64,000 bases of DNA from Mustelus asterias (taxonomy: Eukaryota), in assembly GCF_964213995.1 (NCBI RefSeq), contig NW_027590385.1, positions 62,001 through 126,000 on the forward strand. The letters are read 5' to 3'. The notes below the pieces were generated by a model. The model searched no databases, was not told the DNA's origin, and worked only from the letters and a program-made list of their open reading frames with translations. Made by a program: the position numbers and the translations under genes. The number at the start of each line of letters is the position of its first letter. Position 1 is the stretch's first letter. Positions 37,010 to 50,900 of the stretch are shown here, piece by piece.

Positions 37010-39275
37010 TCAGGAAGTGGAGATAGTGACCACAATTCGGTGTCTTTTGTTATTGCAATGGAGAGGGATAGGGCCGTACGGCAGGGCAAGGTTTACAATG
37101 GGGGAGAGGTAATTATGATGCGATTAGGCAAGAATTAGGGGCATAAGTTGGGAACAGAAACTGTCAGGGAAAGGAACTAATGAAAAATGGAACTTTTTCA
37201 AGGAACAAATACTGGGTGTCCTTGATAGGTATGTCCCTGTCAGGCAGGGAGGAAATGGCCGAGTGAGGGAACTATGGTTCACGAAAGAGGTGGAATGTCT
37301 TGTGAAAAGGAAGAGGGAAGCTTATGTAGGGATGAGGAAACAAGGTTCAGATGGCTCGATTGAGGGTTACAAGTTAGCAAGGAATGAGCTGAAAAAGGGG
37401 CTTAGGAGAACTAGGAGGGGACACGAGAAGTCCTTGGCGGGTCGGATCAAGGAAAACCCCAAGGTTTTTTACTCTTATGTGAGGAATAAAAGAATGACCT
37501 TGGTGAGGTTAGGGCCGGTCAAGGACAGTAGTGGGAACTTGTGTATGGAGTCAGTAGAGATAGGGGAGGTGATGAATGAATACTTTTCTTCAGTGTTCAC
37601 CAAGGAGAGGGGCCATGTCTTTGAGGAAGAGAAGGTGTTACAGGCTAATAGGCTGGAGGAAATAGATATTCGGAGGGAGGATGTCCTGGCAGTTTTGAAT
37701 AAACTGAAGGTCGATAAGTCCCCTGGGCCTGATGAAATGTATCCTAGGATTCTTTGGGAGGCAAGGGATGAGATTGCAGAGCCTTTGGCTTTGATCTTTG
37801 GGTCCTCGCTGTCCACGGGGATAGTGCCAGAGGACTGGAGAATGGGGAATGTTGTTCCTCTGTTTAAGAAAGGGAATAGAAACGACCCTGGTAATTATAG
37901 ACCGGTTAGTCTTACTTCGGTGGTTGGTAAATTGATGGAAAAGGTCCTTAGGGATGGGATTTACGACCATTTAGAAAGATGCGGATTAATCCGGGATACT
38001 CAGCATGGTTTCGTGAAGGGCAAGTCGTGCCTCACAAATTTGATTGAATTTTTTGAGGAGGTAACTAAGTGTGTTGATGAAGGTAGGGCAGTTGATGTCA
38101 TATACATGGATTTTAGTAAGGCGTTTGATAAGGTCCCCCATGGTCGGCTTATGATGAAAGTGAGGAGGTGTGGGATAGAGGGAAAGTTGGCCGATTGGAT
38201 AGGTAACTGGCTGTCTGATCGAAGACAGAGGGTGGTGGTGGATGGAAAATTTTCGGATTGGAGGCAGGTTGCGAGCGGAGTGCCTCAGGGATCAGTGCTT
38301 GGTCCTCTGCTATTTGTGATTTTTTATTAATGACTTAGAGGAGGGGGCTGAAGGGTGGATCAGTAAATTTGCTGATGACACCAAGATTGGTGGAGTAGTG
38401 GATGAGGTGGAGGGCTGTTGTAGGCTGCAAAGAGACATAGATAGGATGCAAAGCTGGGCTGAAAAATGGCAAATGGAGTTTAACCCTGATAAATGTGAGG
38501 TGATTCATTTTGGTAGGACTAATTTAAATGTGGATTACAGGGTCAAAGGTAAGGTTCTGAAGACTGTGGAGGAACAGAGAGATCTTGGGGTCCATATCCA
38601 CAGATCTCTAAAGGTTGCCACTGAAGTGGATAGAGCTGTGAAGAAGGCCTATAGTGTGTTAGCTTTTATTAACAGGGGGTTGGAGTTTAAGAGCCGTGGG
38701 GTTATGCTGCAACTGTACAGGACCTTAGTGAGACCACATTTGGAATATCGTGTGCAGTTCTGGTCACCTCACTATAAGAAGGATGTGGAAGCGCTGGAAA
38801 GAGTGCAGAGGAGATTTACCAGGATGCTGCCTGGTTTGGAGGGTAGGTCCTATGAGGAAAGGTTGAGGGAGCTAGGGCTGTTCTTTCTGGAGCGGAGGAG
38901 ATTGAGGGGAGACTTAATAGAGGTTTATAAAATGATGAAGGGGATAGATAGAGTGAACGTTCAAAGACTATTTCCTCGGGTGGATGGAGCTATTACAAGG
39001 GGGCATAACTATAGGGTTTTTGGTGGGAGATATAGGAAGGATATCAGAGGTAGGTTCTTTACGCAGAGAGTGGTTGGGGTGTGGAATGGACTGCCTGTAG
39101 TGATAGTGGAGTCAGACACTTTAGGAACATTTAAGCGGTTATTGGATAGGCACATGGAGCACACCAGGATGTTAGGGAGTGGGATAGCTTGATCTTGGTT
39201 TCAGATAAAGCTCGGCACAACATCGTGGGCCGAAGGGCCTGTTCTGTGCTGTACTGTTCTATGTTCTATGTTCTA
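37010..39275 (+). mobile_element. CR1-type LINE, 5'-truncated, frameshifted ORF2
   Basis: ORFs 37263-38330 and 38398-39192 with RT motifs; TTCTATG tail. Confidence 0.92.
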
Positions 39276-40642
39276 AGAAGACGACCATCATCCCGGTACC
39301 TAAGAAAAATCAAGCAGTGTGCCTTAATAACTATCCGCCGGTGGCTCTGACATCCATCATTATGAAGCGCTTCGAAAGGTTTGTCATGGCACAAATCAAT
39401 TCCAGCCTCCCGGACTACCTGGATCCACTACAGTTGCCTACCGCCGCAACAGGTCCACAGCAAGACGGCATTTCCCTGGCCTTGCACTCAACCCTGGATC
39501 ACCTAGACAACAAGGAGACACTCCTATTTATTGACTACAGCTCAGCCTTCAACACTATTATTCCACGAAACTCATCTCCATACTTCGTGGCCTGGGCCTC
39601 AGCACCTCCTTTGTGACTGGATCCTGAACTTCCTAACTCACAGACCACAATCAGTAAGGACAGGCAACAACACCTCCTCCACGATCATCCTCAACACCGT
39701 GCCCCACAAGGCTGTGTTCTCAGCCCCCTACTACACTCCTAATATACCTATGACTGTGAGGCCAAATTCCCCTCCTATTCGATTTTCAAGTTTGCTGACG
39801 AGACCACTATAGTGGGTCGGATCTCAAACAATGATGAGACAGAGTACAGGAATGAGGTAGAGAATCTGGTGAACTGGTGCAGCAACAATAATCTCTCCCG
39901 CAATGTCAACAAAACGAAGGAGATTGTCATCGATTTCAGGAAGCGTAAAGGAGAACATGCCCCTGTCTACATCAATGGGACGAAGTAGAAACGGTCGAGA
40001 GCTTCACGTTTTTAGGTGTCCAGATCACCAACTATCTGTCCTGGTCCCCGCATGCCGACACTATAGTTAAGAAAGCCCACCAACACCTCTACTTCCTCAG
40101 ATGACTAAGGAAATTTGGCATGTCAGCTACGACTCTTACCAACTTTTACAGATGCACCATATAAAGCATTCTTTCTGGTTGTATCATAGCTTGGTATGTC
40201 CTGTTCTACCCAAAACTGCAAGGAACTACAAAAGGTCGTGAATGTGCCCAATCTATCACACAAACCAGCCTCCCATCCATTGACTCTGTCCACACTTCCC
40301 TCTGCCTCGGCAAAGCAGCCTGCATAATTAAGGACCCCATGCACCCCGGACATTCTCTCCTTCACCTTCTTCCTTCTGGAAAAAGATACAAAAGTCTGAG
40401 GTCACGTACCAACCAACTCAAGAACGCCTTCTTCCCTGCTGCCGTCAGACTTTTGAATAGATTTACCTTGCATTAAGTTGATCTTTCTCTTCACCCTAGC
40501 TCTGACTGTAAGACTGCATTCTGCACACTCTCATTTCCTTCTCTATGAGCGGTATGTTTCGTCTATGTAGCGCGCAAGAAACAATACTTTTCACTGTATG
40601 TTAATACATGTGACAATAATAAATCAAATCAAATCAAAATCA
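39275..40642 (+). mobile_element. Rex-Babar/L2-like LINE, 3' half
   Basis: [11 protein letters not shown] and FKFADETT motifs; (TCAAA)n tail. Confidence 0.8.
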
Positions 40643-40726
40643 TACTTGGATCAGTATGTCTACAGCAGTCCCAATGAGTGTTGCAACATTTCAAGAGAGT
40701 CCCATTGGGTCCTATGGACGCCAGCA

Positions 40727-40799
40727 GTTTCTGTAGTGTAATGGTGGTTGCATTCGCCTCACACACAAAAGGCCCCTCGTTCAAAGCCATGCCGAAATA
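40727..40799 (+). pseudogene. tRNA-Val(CAC) pseudogene
   Basis: GTTTCTGTAGTGTAATGGTGGTTGCATTCGCCTCACACACAAAAGGCCCCTCGTTCAAAGCCATGCCGAAATA aligns to Val-CAC with many substitutions. Confidence 0.7.
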
Positions 40800-41689
40800 T
40801 TATTAAAATTTGTTCATTCAGGGTGAGGGAAGTTTACATGATTTTAAATTTGTTGTTAAACATTATCCGAAACTCGATATTAAAGACATGTTATCATTGC
40901 TCTGACCTCGGCCTCAAAATCTTTCAGCAAAATCAGAGATCTTGTATTTTTATGACGCAATGAGAGGAAATAGATGTTCCTGTTTTGACACCGTGGACAT
41001 ATCAGCAACTTATTCAGTCCACAGCAGAATTTAATGGCTTTGTTGATGCAGACTAACAAAGTTAATCATCATCTGAACCATGTCTAATAGCATTGTGTGC
41101 TCAAAAAGGCAGACACAAGTGAAACTGTAACTGAACTCGAGGAAATGACGCACATTGCGCGGAACCATTATTTTAACATCGTTCTTCAGAGGAAACAAAT
41201 AGGGAAAACCACTCTGACAGTTGAGGAAATCGAGAATTCGTGCGGATCTGCTGGACTTTCCTGCAGCTGAATGGGATTTAGACGTCTGAGTGTTTCATAC
41301 ACAGAATAAAGAGAGATCAAGTATAACTAACAAATCATTCTTAAATGATCTTTAAGTTATCTTTAAAGATATTTGATTTTGTTTAAAAGCTGATTGTGGT
41401 CAATCTCAATGAAGCACCGTGACATGTGTATTACCCAGTGATTCGATTCCTTTTGTTGGTCAGTCATGTTTGCAATTCAATGTTTCCGATTTCGGAGATA
41501 TTTCATTCAGAATGAGAAGATATGTAATTAATAAAAATATATTAATATTAAACATTGAACAACGAACAAATATTGGACAGAACTGGTTGAAATTATTCGA
41601 AGGAAGATGAGAATGATGCATTGATGATTGAGCAGAAATCATTGCTTGCTTCAATATTTGCCGGACGACCGCTGTTAAAGGTTGAACTT

Positions 41690-43245
41690 CAAGATAAGTT
41701 GAGAAATCAGGTGCCAGGTGTGCGAGCATCTTACATAATTGTCGCACTGTGCTCCTGGAGAGCCGCAGCCGGCGGCGGCACGTCGCCTCCGAGACAGCCT
41801 CAAATATATTTCTGGGCCTGTACCACCTTGCCCTCTCAACCTTTTTGAGAGACTGCTCACCCACCTCCTGGACCTCAGCGACAGCTCCCTGCTGTCCTTC
41901 CTGAGGGACTGGTATTGACTGCTCCTGCGGTGGTCTCCCCACACCCGCCGCCTCCTGAGCCACCTCCTCTTCCTCCTCATCCACCACCATAATGGCCAGC
42001 TCCAAATCTATTAATCTAAAATCCATCTGCACAATGGGGTTTGGAAAGACAAAGAATTACTGATTCGTGTCATTGGAAGCATCGACCCAGCACCACCCTA
42101 ATTCCTCACTTGGGCCAATACTCCCAGTTGTGGGTACTGTCAACACCACACAATCCATGGTGCCGGACGCGACCTGATTCGGTTGTGTGAAATTCCCATC
42201 ATGACAAATGCTGGCACAGATTATGCAGGTGAGTGTGCAGCTGTGGCACTGCGCACCCTTGAACAATTGCCATATGTGCAACTGCAGTATCCGTTACAGG
42301 CATGGTCAGTGTCACGGGGCAGAGGCAGAGTTAAATCATCACCGGATAGGTGCCCAGTGACAGCAGATTCCATGCAGTCGAAGTGCGAACCACCGCACCC
42401 CGGCCTGGAGCAGCAGCTGCTTGATGTGGTTAAGCCTCAGTCAGCACATGGTGCACTGGCCCCCCTCCCTCCCCCGGAAACACAGTACTCAGTGCAGTTC
42501 CTAACCACACCCCAGGTCCAGATAATACCACTGCACAGTGCCCTCAAGGGGAAGGCTGAGCAGCACTCCTTCAGAGCCCCTTTTCCACAAAGTTATAGCA
42601 GTGCCCTCTGGGGGAAAGCTGAGCAGAACTCATTCAGGGCCCGCCCACCTAGAGCTCTGAGAAAATAGAAGCCCCCCCCCCCACCCCAACACCAAATCCG
42701 CCTCCCCACCCCGCCACCCCAGGTATCACTGGTCCACCAGCCAGCACCGGAAGACAGCCAGGAGGAACCCCACCAAGCACCTCCAGTGCCTGCCAGCAAC
42801 ATCCCCCACATTCCTTTCGCTTCAGGTCCACAGCAGTCACGAAGCTTTGCAAAACACTGCTTCAGCCTTATTGGAATCATGGAGGTGACTCTCCCAGAAA
42901 AATCCAAGTGTGGCATTCGCGGGAAAGCTGGAATAATTCACGCTGGTTTAATCAGCGGGAGTTCAGATTAGAGTCTCCCACACTTTGTACAATGCAGAGC
43001 CCACCGGCGCGAATATCATTAAATCTCAGGGGGCGGGGCCTATTCGCAATGGGGGGTGGGCTGAATTCAGCGGGCCTCTGCGCATGCGCAGTGACCCCGC
43101 TCGCTCGCTGGCCAGCCCGGGACCCCCGCAGTGTTCCTCCCCAAAACCTCCCACGATCGTGGCCGCCCTGTCCATTTGCGGGCCAACCCCGAACCCCCAC
43201 GTCCCAGACCGATCTCCAATCTGGCTCCTTCCCACAGTGGGAATA
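41690..43245 (-). mobile_element. Probable PIF/Harbinger transposon remnant
   Basis: GC-rich segment; minus-strand peptide SEATCRRRLRLSRSTVRQLCKML resembles the N-terminal part of Harbinger nucleases. TIRs not resolved. Confidence 0.45.
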
Positions 43246-43889
43246 ATCTCTCTCTCTAACGACTCGGCCCAGATGTCTCAGAGTTTTAAAACCTCTCTTG
43301 AATCCTCTTTCTACGTTCTACGCTCGAAGAAACAGACCCAGCTGCTTCCATCTATCCACAAAACGGTACTTCTTTATTTCTGGTGTCATTCTCTTGAATC
43401 TTTTCCACCCACGCAGCCATACTTTAACATCCTCCCTGCAGTACAGAGTGCCGAACTAGAACAATGCTCTACTTGAGGCAGAATCAGTTTTTACAGCCGT
43501 GTAAATCACATTTTAACACATTTGTGCACATACATTAAGATAAACTCTTTATACTTTCCTCATTAGCAAGCACAGACGGTTAACATACGAAACAATCATA
43601 TTGGAAAGCAAGTCTCATACCGATATAAATCTAAGCCTCTGATCAACCTAGACAGTTCAGAGCAAACAAAGAAGGTTTTTATTTAGAGTGCAGTCAGTGT
43701 TGCAATGTTAGACATGGGGCAACCATGTTATGCAAAGCGATATCGCAAAAACAGCAATGTGAGACAAGGAGACCAATGTTTTTATCTTTCAAAGCTGTCG
43801 TCTGAGAAACAGCGATTGTCCCCAGGAAACAAAGAGAATGTCACACACTTCCTTATAGCCCTGTTCACAGTACTGGCCCTGTGATCTTT

Positions 43890-44440
43890 ACTGAGTTACA
43901 GACTGGATTCGAATTGATGGGTTCAGGATGGTCTACACATAGAATAACAAATAACTGGGAGTGAGTTACAGACCGGAATCCAAGCAATGAATCGAAGCAG
44001 AGGGTTTATATATAGGATAAGATACCCGGGAGTGTGTTACAGACTAGAATCTAATCAAGGGTTTGGTGTGGTTTATATATGGAATAACAGATACTTGGAA
44101 ATGAGTTCCAAACTGCAATCCAATCTCGGGGTTTGGGGTGGTTTATCTATAGAATAACAGATACCCATAAGTGAGTTAAAGACTGGGGTCCAATCGAGGA
44201 TTTTGGAGTGGTTTACATAAAATGACAGATACCTGGGAGTGAGTGACAGAGTAGAATCTAATTGAAAGGTTCATGGTGGTTTATGTACAGAATAACAGAT
44301 ACCTGGGAGCGTCATAAACTGGAATCTAATCGAGGGTTTCTGGTGGTTTATAGAACAACAGATACCCGGGAGTGAGTTACAAACTGGAATATAATCAAAG
44401 GTTTTCGAGTGGCTTAAATGTAGAATATGCTGGGAGTGAA
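43890..44440. repeat. ~70-bp minisatellite
   Basis: About 8 units of AGAATAACAGATACCCGGGAGTGAGTTACAGACTGGAATCTAATCGAGGGTT..GGTTTAT. Confidence 0.9.
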
Positions 44441-44478
44441 TTTGTACCTGTCTCACTTCCCAAATCTATCTTGTTGCC

Positions 44479-44969
44479 TTACAATGTTGTCTTAAGTGTC
44501 ACCTCCTCTGCTTCTGCTGAATATGTTACTGCACTTTGACCATCAGGTCCCTGTCCTCTGAGGAGTTGGTAGTCAGCATCTTTTGGTCGTTTCTTCAGGC
44601 TTGTGTATGTTGAATCTTGTACTGGAACCATCTGGGGAGTGTTAGGCTTAGTCTCATCTTGCCTTTGGAGGCTTGCAGCAGGCCCAGCCTCGGCCTGCTC
44701 TCTTATTGAGCCTGAGCTCGGCCCAGACTCGGCCTGAATTCTGAGGCTTGCAGCAGGCCCAGCCTCGGCCTGCTCGCTTAGTGAGCCTGCGCTAGGCCCA
44801 ACCTTATCCAGCCTTCTGAGGCCTGCAGCAGGCCCAGCCTCGACCTCCACTGTCAGTTGCGAAGACCGCTTTGGCCTGCCCTGCACCCGTTGGCCAGTGG
44901 CCTGGGCTTGCTCCTTGGTGTCAGGTTGAGTTCCAGGACTTAGCAAATCAGAGTAAATTCCTTCTTCTC
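44479..44969 (-). CDS. Receptor terminal exon: cytoplasmic tail
   Basis: Acceptor TTCCTCTTTGCAG; EEGIYSDLL..3x EAGPAA(S/G)[29 protein letters not shown]. Confidence 0.8.
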
Positions 44970-47900
44970 CTGCAAAGAGGAAAGATCAATTTCAGTGGAA
45001 AAAGAAACCTAAGAACAAGGAGCAGTTGGATGCAGTGAGCTTGGTTCTCGTCCTGTGGCACGATTATGCTGATCCTATCAACTCTATTCTCCACTCCACT
45101 CCCCGTTCTCTTTTAGAAAATGCCCGAAAATCTCTCAAACTCTGTCTTGAATCTACTCAATGAATGATCATCTACCGCTCTCTGGGTTAGAGAATTTCAA
45201 AGACTTACCACTCTGACTGAAAAGCCTGAAATTTGATCCCTTACCCTGAAACCGTGACCCCCATATTCCAGACTCCGCAACCGGGGGAGACATCCGGTAA
45301 GCATGTTGCACTTGAAACTGTGAGAGATCTGTATACGTTTCAAACAGATCACCTCTTACACTATTTGCTTCCAGAATACTAATCTCATATCAGCCAATAT
45401 CCCTCAGCCCAGGAGTCAGTAGCAAAATGATTTTCTCTGTATCGCTCGAATATGAGTTAATTCGGTAAGGAGACCAAAACTGTTCGCAGTATTCCAGCTG
45501 TGACAGTACCAATGTAGCTCTAACAAGAATACCTCACTCTAGGACACCAAATGCTTGTGTAAAAGAGGCAAACATGGGTTTCGGGCTGATTCCTGTGCCC
45601 GCCTGTTTGACAAATCTCCAGGCAAGGGAGATCGGGAGGCAGATTGACACAGAGACAGTCTGAGCATCTCCAAAATGATAAAATTACACTCAGTAATGTT
45701 TACAAATAAAAAATTCCCTCTTACACTGCCCCACAACCAAACATTCCGAACAGGTACAGCACGAGGTTAGGGACAGAATACATCTCCGTGTACATAGTTC
45801 CCATCAAACACTCCCAGGACAGGTACCGCACAAGGTTAGATACAAAGTAAAACTCCCTCCACACTGTCCTCATCAAACGTTCCCAGAACAGGTAGAGCAC
45901 AGAGTAAGATACAGAATAAAACTTGCTCTACACTGTCTCCATCAAACACTCCCAGGCCAGGTATAGCACAGGGTTAGATACAGTGTGAAGCTCCCTCGAG
46001 ACTGTCCCCATCAAAAACTCCCAGGACAGGTACCGGACGTGGTTACATACAAAGTAAAACTCCCTCTACACCATAAGACCATAAGACCATAAGACATAGG
46101 AGCGGAAGTAAGGCCATTCGGCCCATCGAGTCCACTCCACCATTCAATCATGGTTGATTTCAACTCCATTTACCCGCTCTCTCCCCATAGCCCTTAATTC
46201 CTCGAGAAATCAAGAATTTATCAATTTCTGTCTTGAAGACGCTCAACGTCTCGGCCTCCACAGCCCTCTGTGGCAATGAATTCCACAGACCCACCACTCT
46301 CTGGCTGAAGAAATTTCTCCTCATCTCTGTTCTAAAGTGACTCCCTTTTATTCTAAGGCTGTGCCCCCGCGTCCTAGTCTCCCCTGTTAATGGAAACAAC
46401 TTCCCTACGTCCATCCTATCTAAGCCGTTCATTATCTTGTAAGTTTCTATCAGATCTCCCCTCAACCTCCTAAACTCCAATGAATATAATCCCACGATCC
46501 TCAGACGTTCATCGTATGTCAGGCCTACCATTCCTGGGATCATCCGTGTGAATCTCCGCTGGACCCGCTCCAGTGCCAGTATGTCCTTCCTGAGGTGTGG
46601 GGCACAAAATTGCTCACAGTACTCCAAATGGGGCCTAACCAGTGCTTTATAAAGCCTCAGAAGTACATCCCTGCTTTTGTATTCCAAGCCTCTTGAGATA
46701 AATGACAACATTACATTTGCTTTCTTAATTACGGACTCAACCTGCAAGTTTACCTTTAGAGAATCCTGGACTAGGACTCCCAAGTCCCTTTGCACTTTAG
46801 CATTATGAATTTTGTCACCGTTTAGAAAATAGTCCATGCCTCTATTCTTTTTTCCAAAGTGTACGACCTCGCACTTGCCCACGTTGAATTTCATCAGCCA
46901 CTTCTTGGACCACTCTTCTAAACTGTCTAAATCTTTCTGCAGCCTCCCCACCTCCTCAATACTACCTGCCCCTCCACCTATCTTTGTATCATCGGCAAAC
47001 TTGGCCAGAATGCTCCCAGTCCCGTCATCTAGATCGTTAATATATAAAGAGAACAGCTGTGGCCCCAACACTGAACCCCGCGGGACACCAATTGTCACCG
47101 GTTGCCATTCTGAGAAAGAACCTTTTATCCCAACTCTCTGCCTTCTGTCTGACAGCCAATCGTCAATCCATGTTAGTACCTTGCCTCGAATACCATGGGC
47201 CCTTATTTTACTCAGCAGTCTCCCGTGAGGCACCTTGTCAAAGGCCTTTTGGAAGTCAAGATAGATAACATCCATTGGCTCTCCTTGGTCTAACCTATTT
47301 GTTATCTCTTCAAAGAACTCTAACAGGTTTGTCAGGCACGACCTCCCCTTACTAAATCCATGCTGACTTGTCTTAATCCGACCCTGCACTTCCAAGAATT
47401 TAGAAATCTCATCCTTAACGATGGATTCTAGAATTTTGCCAACAACTGAGGTTAGGCTAATTGGCCTATAATTTTCCATCTTTTTTCTTGTTCCCTTCTT
47501 GAACAGTGGGGTTACAACAGCGATTTTCCAATCCTCTGGGACTTTCCCTGACTCCAGTGACTTTTGAAAGATCATAACTAACGCCTCCACTATTTCTTCA
47601 GCTATCTCCTTTAGAACTCTAGGATGTAGCCCATCTGGGCCCGGAGATTTATCAATTTTCAGACCTTTTAGTTTCTCTAGCACTTTCTCCTTTGTGATGG
47701 CAACCATATTCAACTCTGCCCCCTGACTTTCCTGAATTGTTGGGATATTACTCATGTCTTCTACTGTGAAGACTGACGCAAAGTACTTATTAAGTTCCTC
47801 AGCTATTTCCTTGTCTCCCATCACTAGATTACCAGCGTCATTTTGGAGCGGCCCAATGTCTACTTTTGCCTCCCGTTTGTTTTTAATGTATTTAAAGAAA

Positions 47901-50900
47901 CTTTTACTATCATTCCTAATGTTACTGGCTAGCCTACCTTCATATTTGATCCTCTCCTTCCTTATTTCTCTCTTTGTTATCCTCTGTTTTTATAGCTTTC
48001 CCAATCTTCTGACTTCCCACTACTCTTTGCCACATTATAGGCTCTCTCTTTTGCCTTGATGCATTCCCTGACTTCCTTTGTCAGCCATGGCTGCCTAATC
48101 CCCCCTCTGATAACCTTTCTTTTGTTTGGGATGAACCTCTGCACTGTGTCCTCAATTACTCCCAGAAACTCCTGCCATTGCTGTTCTACTGTCTTTCCCA
48201 TTAGGCTCTGCTTCCAGTCGATTTTTGTCAGTTCCTCCCTCATGCGCCTGTAATTACCTTTATTTAACTGTAGAACCTTCACATCTGATTCTGCCTTCCT
48301 TCTTTCAAATTGCAGACTGAATTCTACCATATTATGATCACTGCTTCCTAAGTGTTCCCTTACTTTAAGATCTTTCATCACACTCTACACTATCCCCATC
48401 AAACACTCCTCGGACAGGTAAAGCACAGAACTCGATACAAAGTAAACCTTCATCGATACTGTCCCCCATCAAACACTTCTAGGACAGGTACAGCTCAGGA
48501 TTAGATACAGAGTACAACTTCCTCCATACTATCCCCCATCAAACATTCCCAGGACAGGTACAGCACGGTGTCAGATACAGAGTAAAACTCCCTCTACACT
48601 GTCCCCCATCAAACACTCCCAGGACAGCTACAGCACGGTGTTAGATACAGAGTAAAGCTCCCTCTGCACTGTCCCCATCAAACACTCCCAGGACAGGTAC
48701 AGCACGGTGTCAGATACAGAGTAAAACTCCCTCTACACTGTCCCCATCAAACACTCCCAGGACAGGTACAGCACGGTGTTAGATACAGAGTAAAGCTCAC
48801 TGTATACTGTCCCCATCAAACACTCCCAGGACAGGTACAGCACGGTGTCAGATACAGAGTAAAACTCCCTCTACACTGTCCCCCATCAAACACTCCCAGG
48901 ACAGCTACAGCACGGTGTTAGATACAGAGTAAAGCTCCCTCTGCACTGTCCCCATCAAACACTCCCAGGACAGGTACAGCACGGGGTTAGATACAGAGTA
49001 AAGCTCCCTCTACACTGTCCCCATCAAACACTCTCAGGATAGGTACAGCACGGTGTTAGATACAGAGTAAAACTCCCTCTACACTGTCCCTCATCAAACA
49101 ATCACCGTTGTACCGGCAGAAAACTGCTGACCTCCTCCTACCCACAGTAATGGACAGCAGTTTGTTAGGCAGAGTCAGACAGTTTTGGCGTACCCGCTGG
49201 ATTGAACCCCTACCTTGGTTTTGTCTCCTTTTCTTTTCATTTTTACCTAGACATAAGAGGCAAAATAAGAGAAAGTCAGTATCAGATGATATTGAGTCTC
49301 TGTTATCACTCCCTCCCTCTCCCCACTCTCTCCCTCTGCTGCCACCCTCCATCCCTCTCCTACTAAAACCCCAGTTCCAGTGCGAGATTCCCTCTTTGCC
49401 GCACAGCACCAGTGCGAGATCTCCTGTCTCTCACAGCCCAGTGTGACATCCCCTGTCCCTCACACCCCCAGTGCGAAATCTCCTGTCTCTCACACCCCCA
49501 GTGTGAGATCCCCTGTCTCTCGCACTCCCAGTGTGAGATCCCCTGTCTCTCATACTCTCGTGCGAGGTCCCCTGTTACTCATACCCCCAGTGCGAGATCC
49601 ACGACCTCTCACACTCAATGTTCGGGAAGCATTCTGGGATTAAGAGGAGATTGTTTGCTGCTATGAGAACAGACCCAACACTTAACTGCTCTGCTGATGG
49701 CACAGATAGAAGGTGATCAGCAAAGCCGCCGTATAAACTGCCAAGAAAATTGCAGTAAGAATAATCTTCACTTTCTGGTACTGAACTGAGGAAACATCTG
49801 TAAATAGAACAATATGGAGAAAGAGAGTCGTTCAATAGCAAATGACAACAGCAGGACATTCTCTCACATGCAGTGTGTGTGCGCTTGTGTGTCTGCGTAC
49901 ATTTGTGTGTGTGCATATGTGTCGCGTGTGCTGCCTTCTTGAAACGCTGCAGTCCTCGTACTGTGGGTTGATCCACAATGCCATCGTGATTGTTAAAATT
50001 GAGTGTCTCGCTGGGTTATTTCTGACAGCAGTTGAGAGTCAACCACATTGCTGTTTTTCGATTCACAGGTGGACCAGTCAGGGTAAGGACTGCAGTTTTT
50101 CTTCCCTAAAGGACAGTAGTGAACCCAACCATTTCCAAAAATGGTTTCATGCCACCAGCAGATTCTTAAATCCAGATTTTTGTTATTGAATACAAATACC
50201 ACTGTCTGTACGCGCGTGTGTGTGTGTCAGTGTGCGTACGCGCGCGTGTGTGTGTGTGTGTGTATGTATGTGTGTGCACATAAGTGTGAGAGTGTCTACA
50301 TGTGTGTGTGTGTACGTGCGTGTGTGTATGTGTGTGCGCATGCCGAGTGTGTGTATGTGTGTGTGTGTTTACATGTGCACATGTGTGTGTGTTTGTGTGT
50401 GCGCGCGCGTGAGTGTGTTTGTGTGTGTGTATAGCACAGGTCTGTGTGTGTGCATGCATATGTGTGTATGAATGAAAAAAAAAATCACACTCCGGATGTT
50501 GTGCCTCCTAGATGGTGGACAGATTGTGGGGAGTTAGGAAGCGAGTTAATTGACACAAGACTGCTTCATAGTGTCTGAGCAGTATCCTTCCTTATATCAT
50601 GACGCAGAATATATTACAGTGACAGTGGTAGAATTGATCATCAACCCGCAGGTTAGGGGGGGATTCAGTGTTGGTAACGTCACTGAATGGCAAGGATTTG
50701 TCCATGCATTTGAGATGTAGTAAAATGATAGGTTGTTACCTGGTAGAATTTTGATAGTGTTGCTGTAGCCACAAGTTTCTCCCAAATCAACAGTCTGCTC
50801 GACTCCTGCTGCAGCTTCCTTGCATTTATAAACCGTCTCTCCAAGCTGGGAATCGAGGGTGACATCCAAAATCATCCCACCAAACTGCAGCTCATGCCTC

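Noticed and set aside
45730-49100. Regular ~70-bp repeats as a CRISPR-like array
   Set aside because: Head-to-tail minisatellite without unique spacers, in a vertebrate genome.
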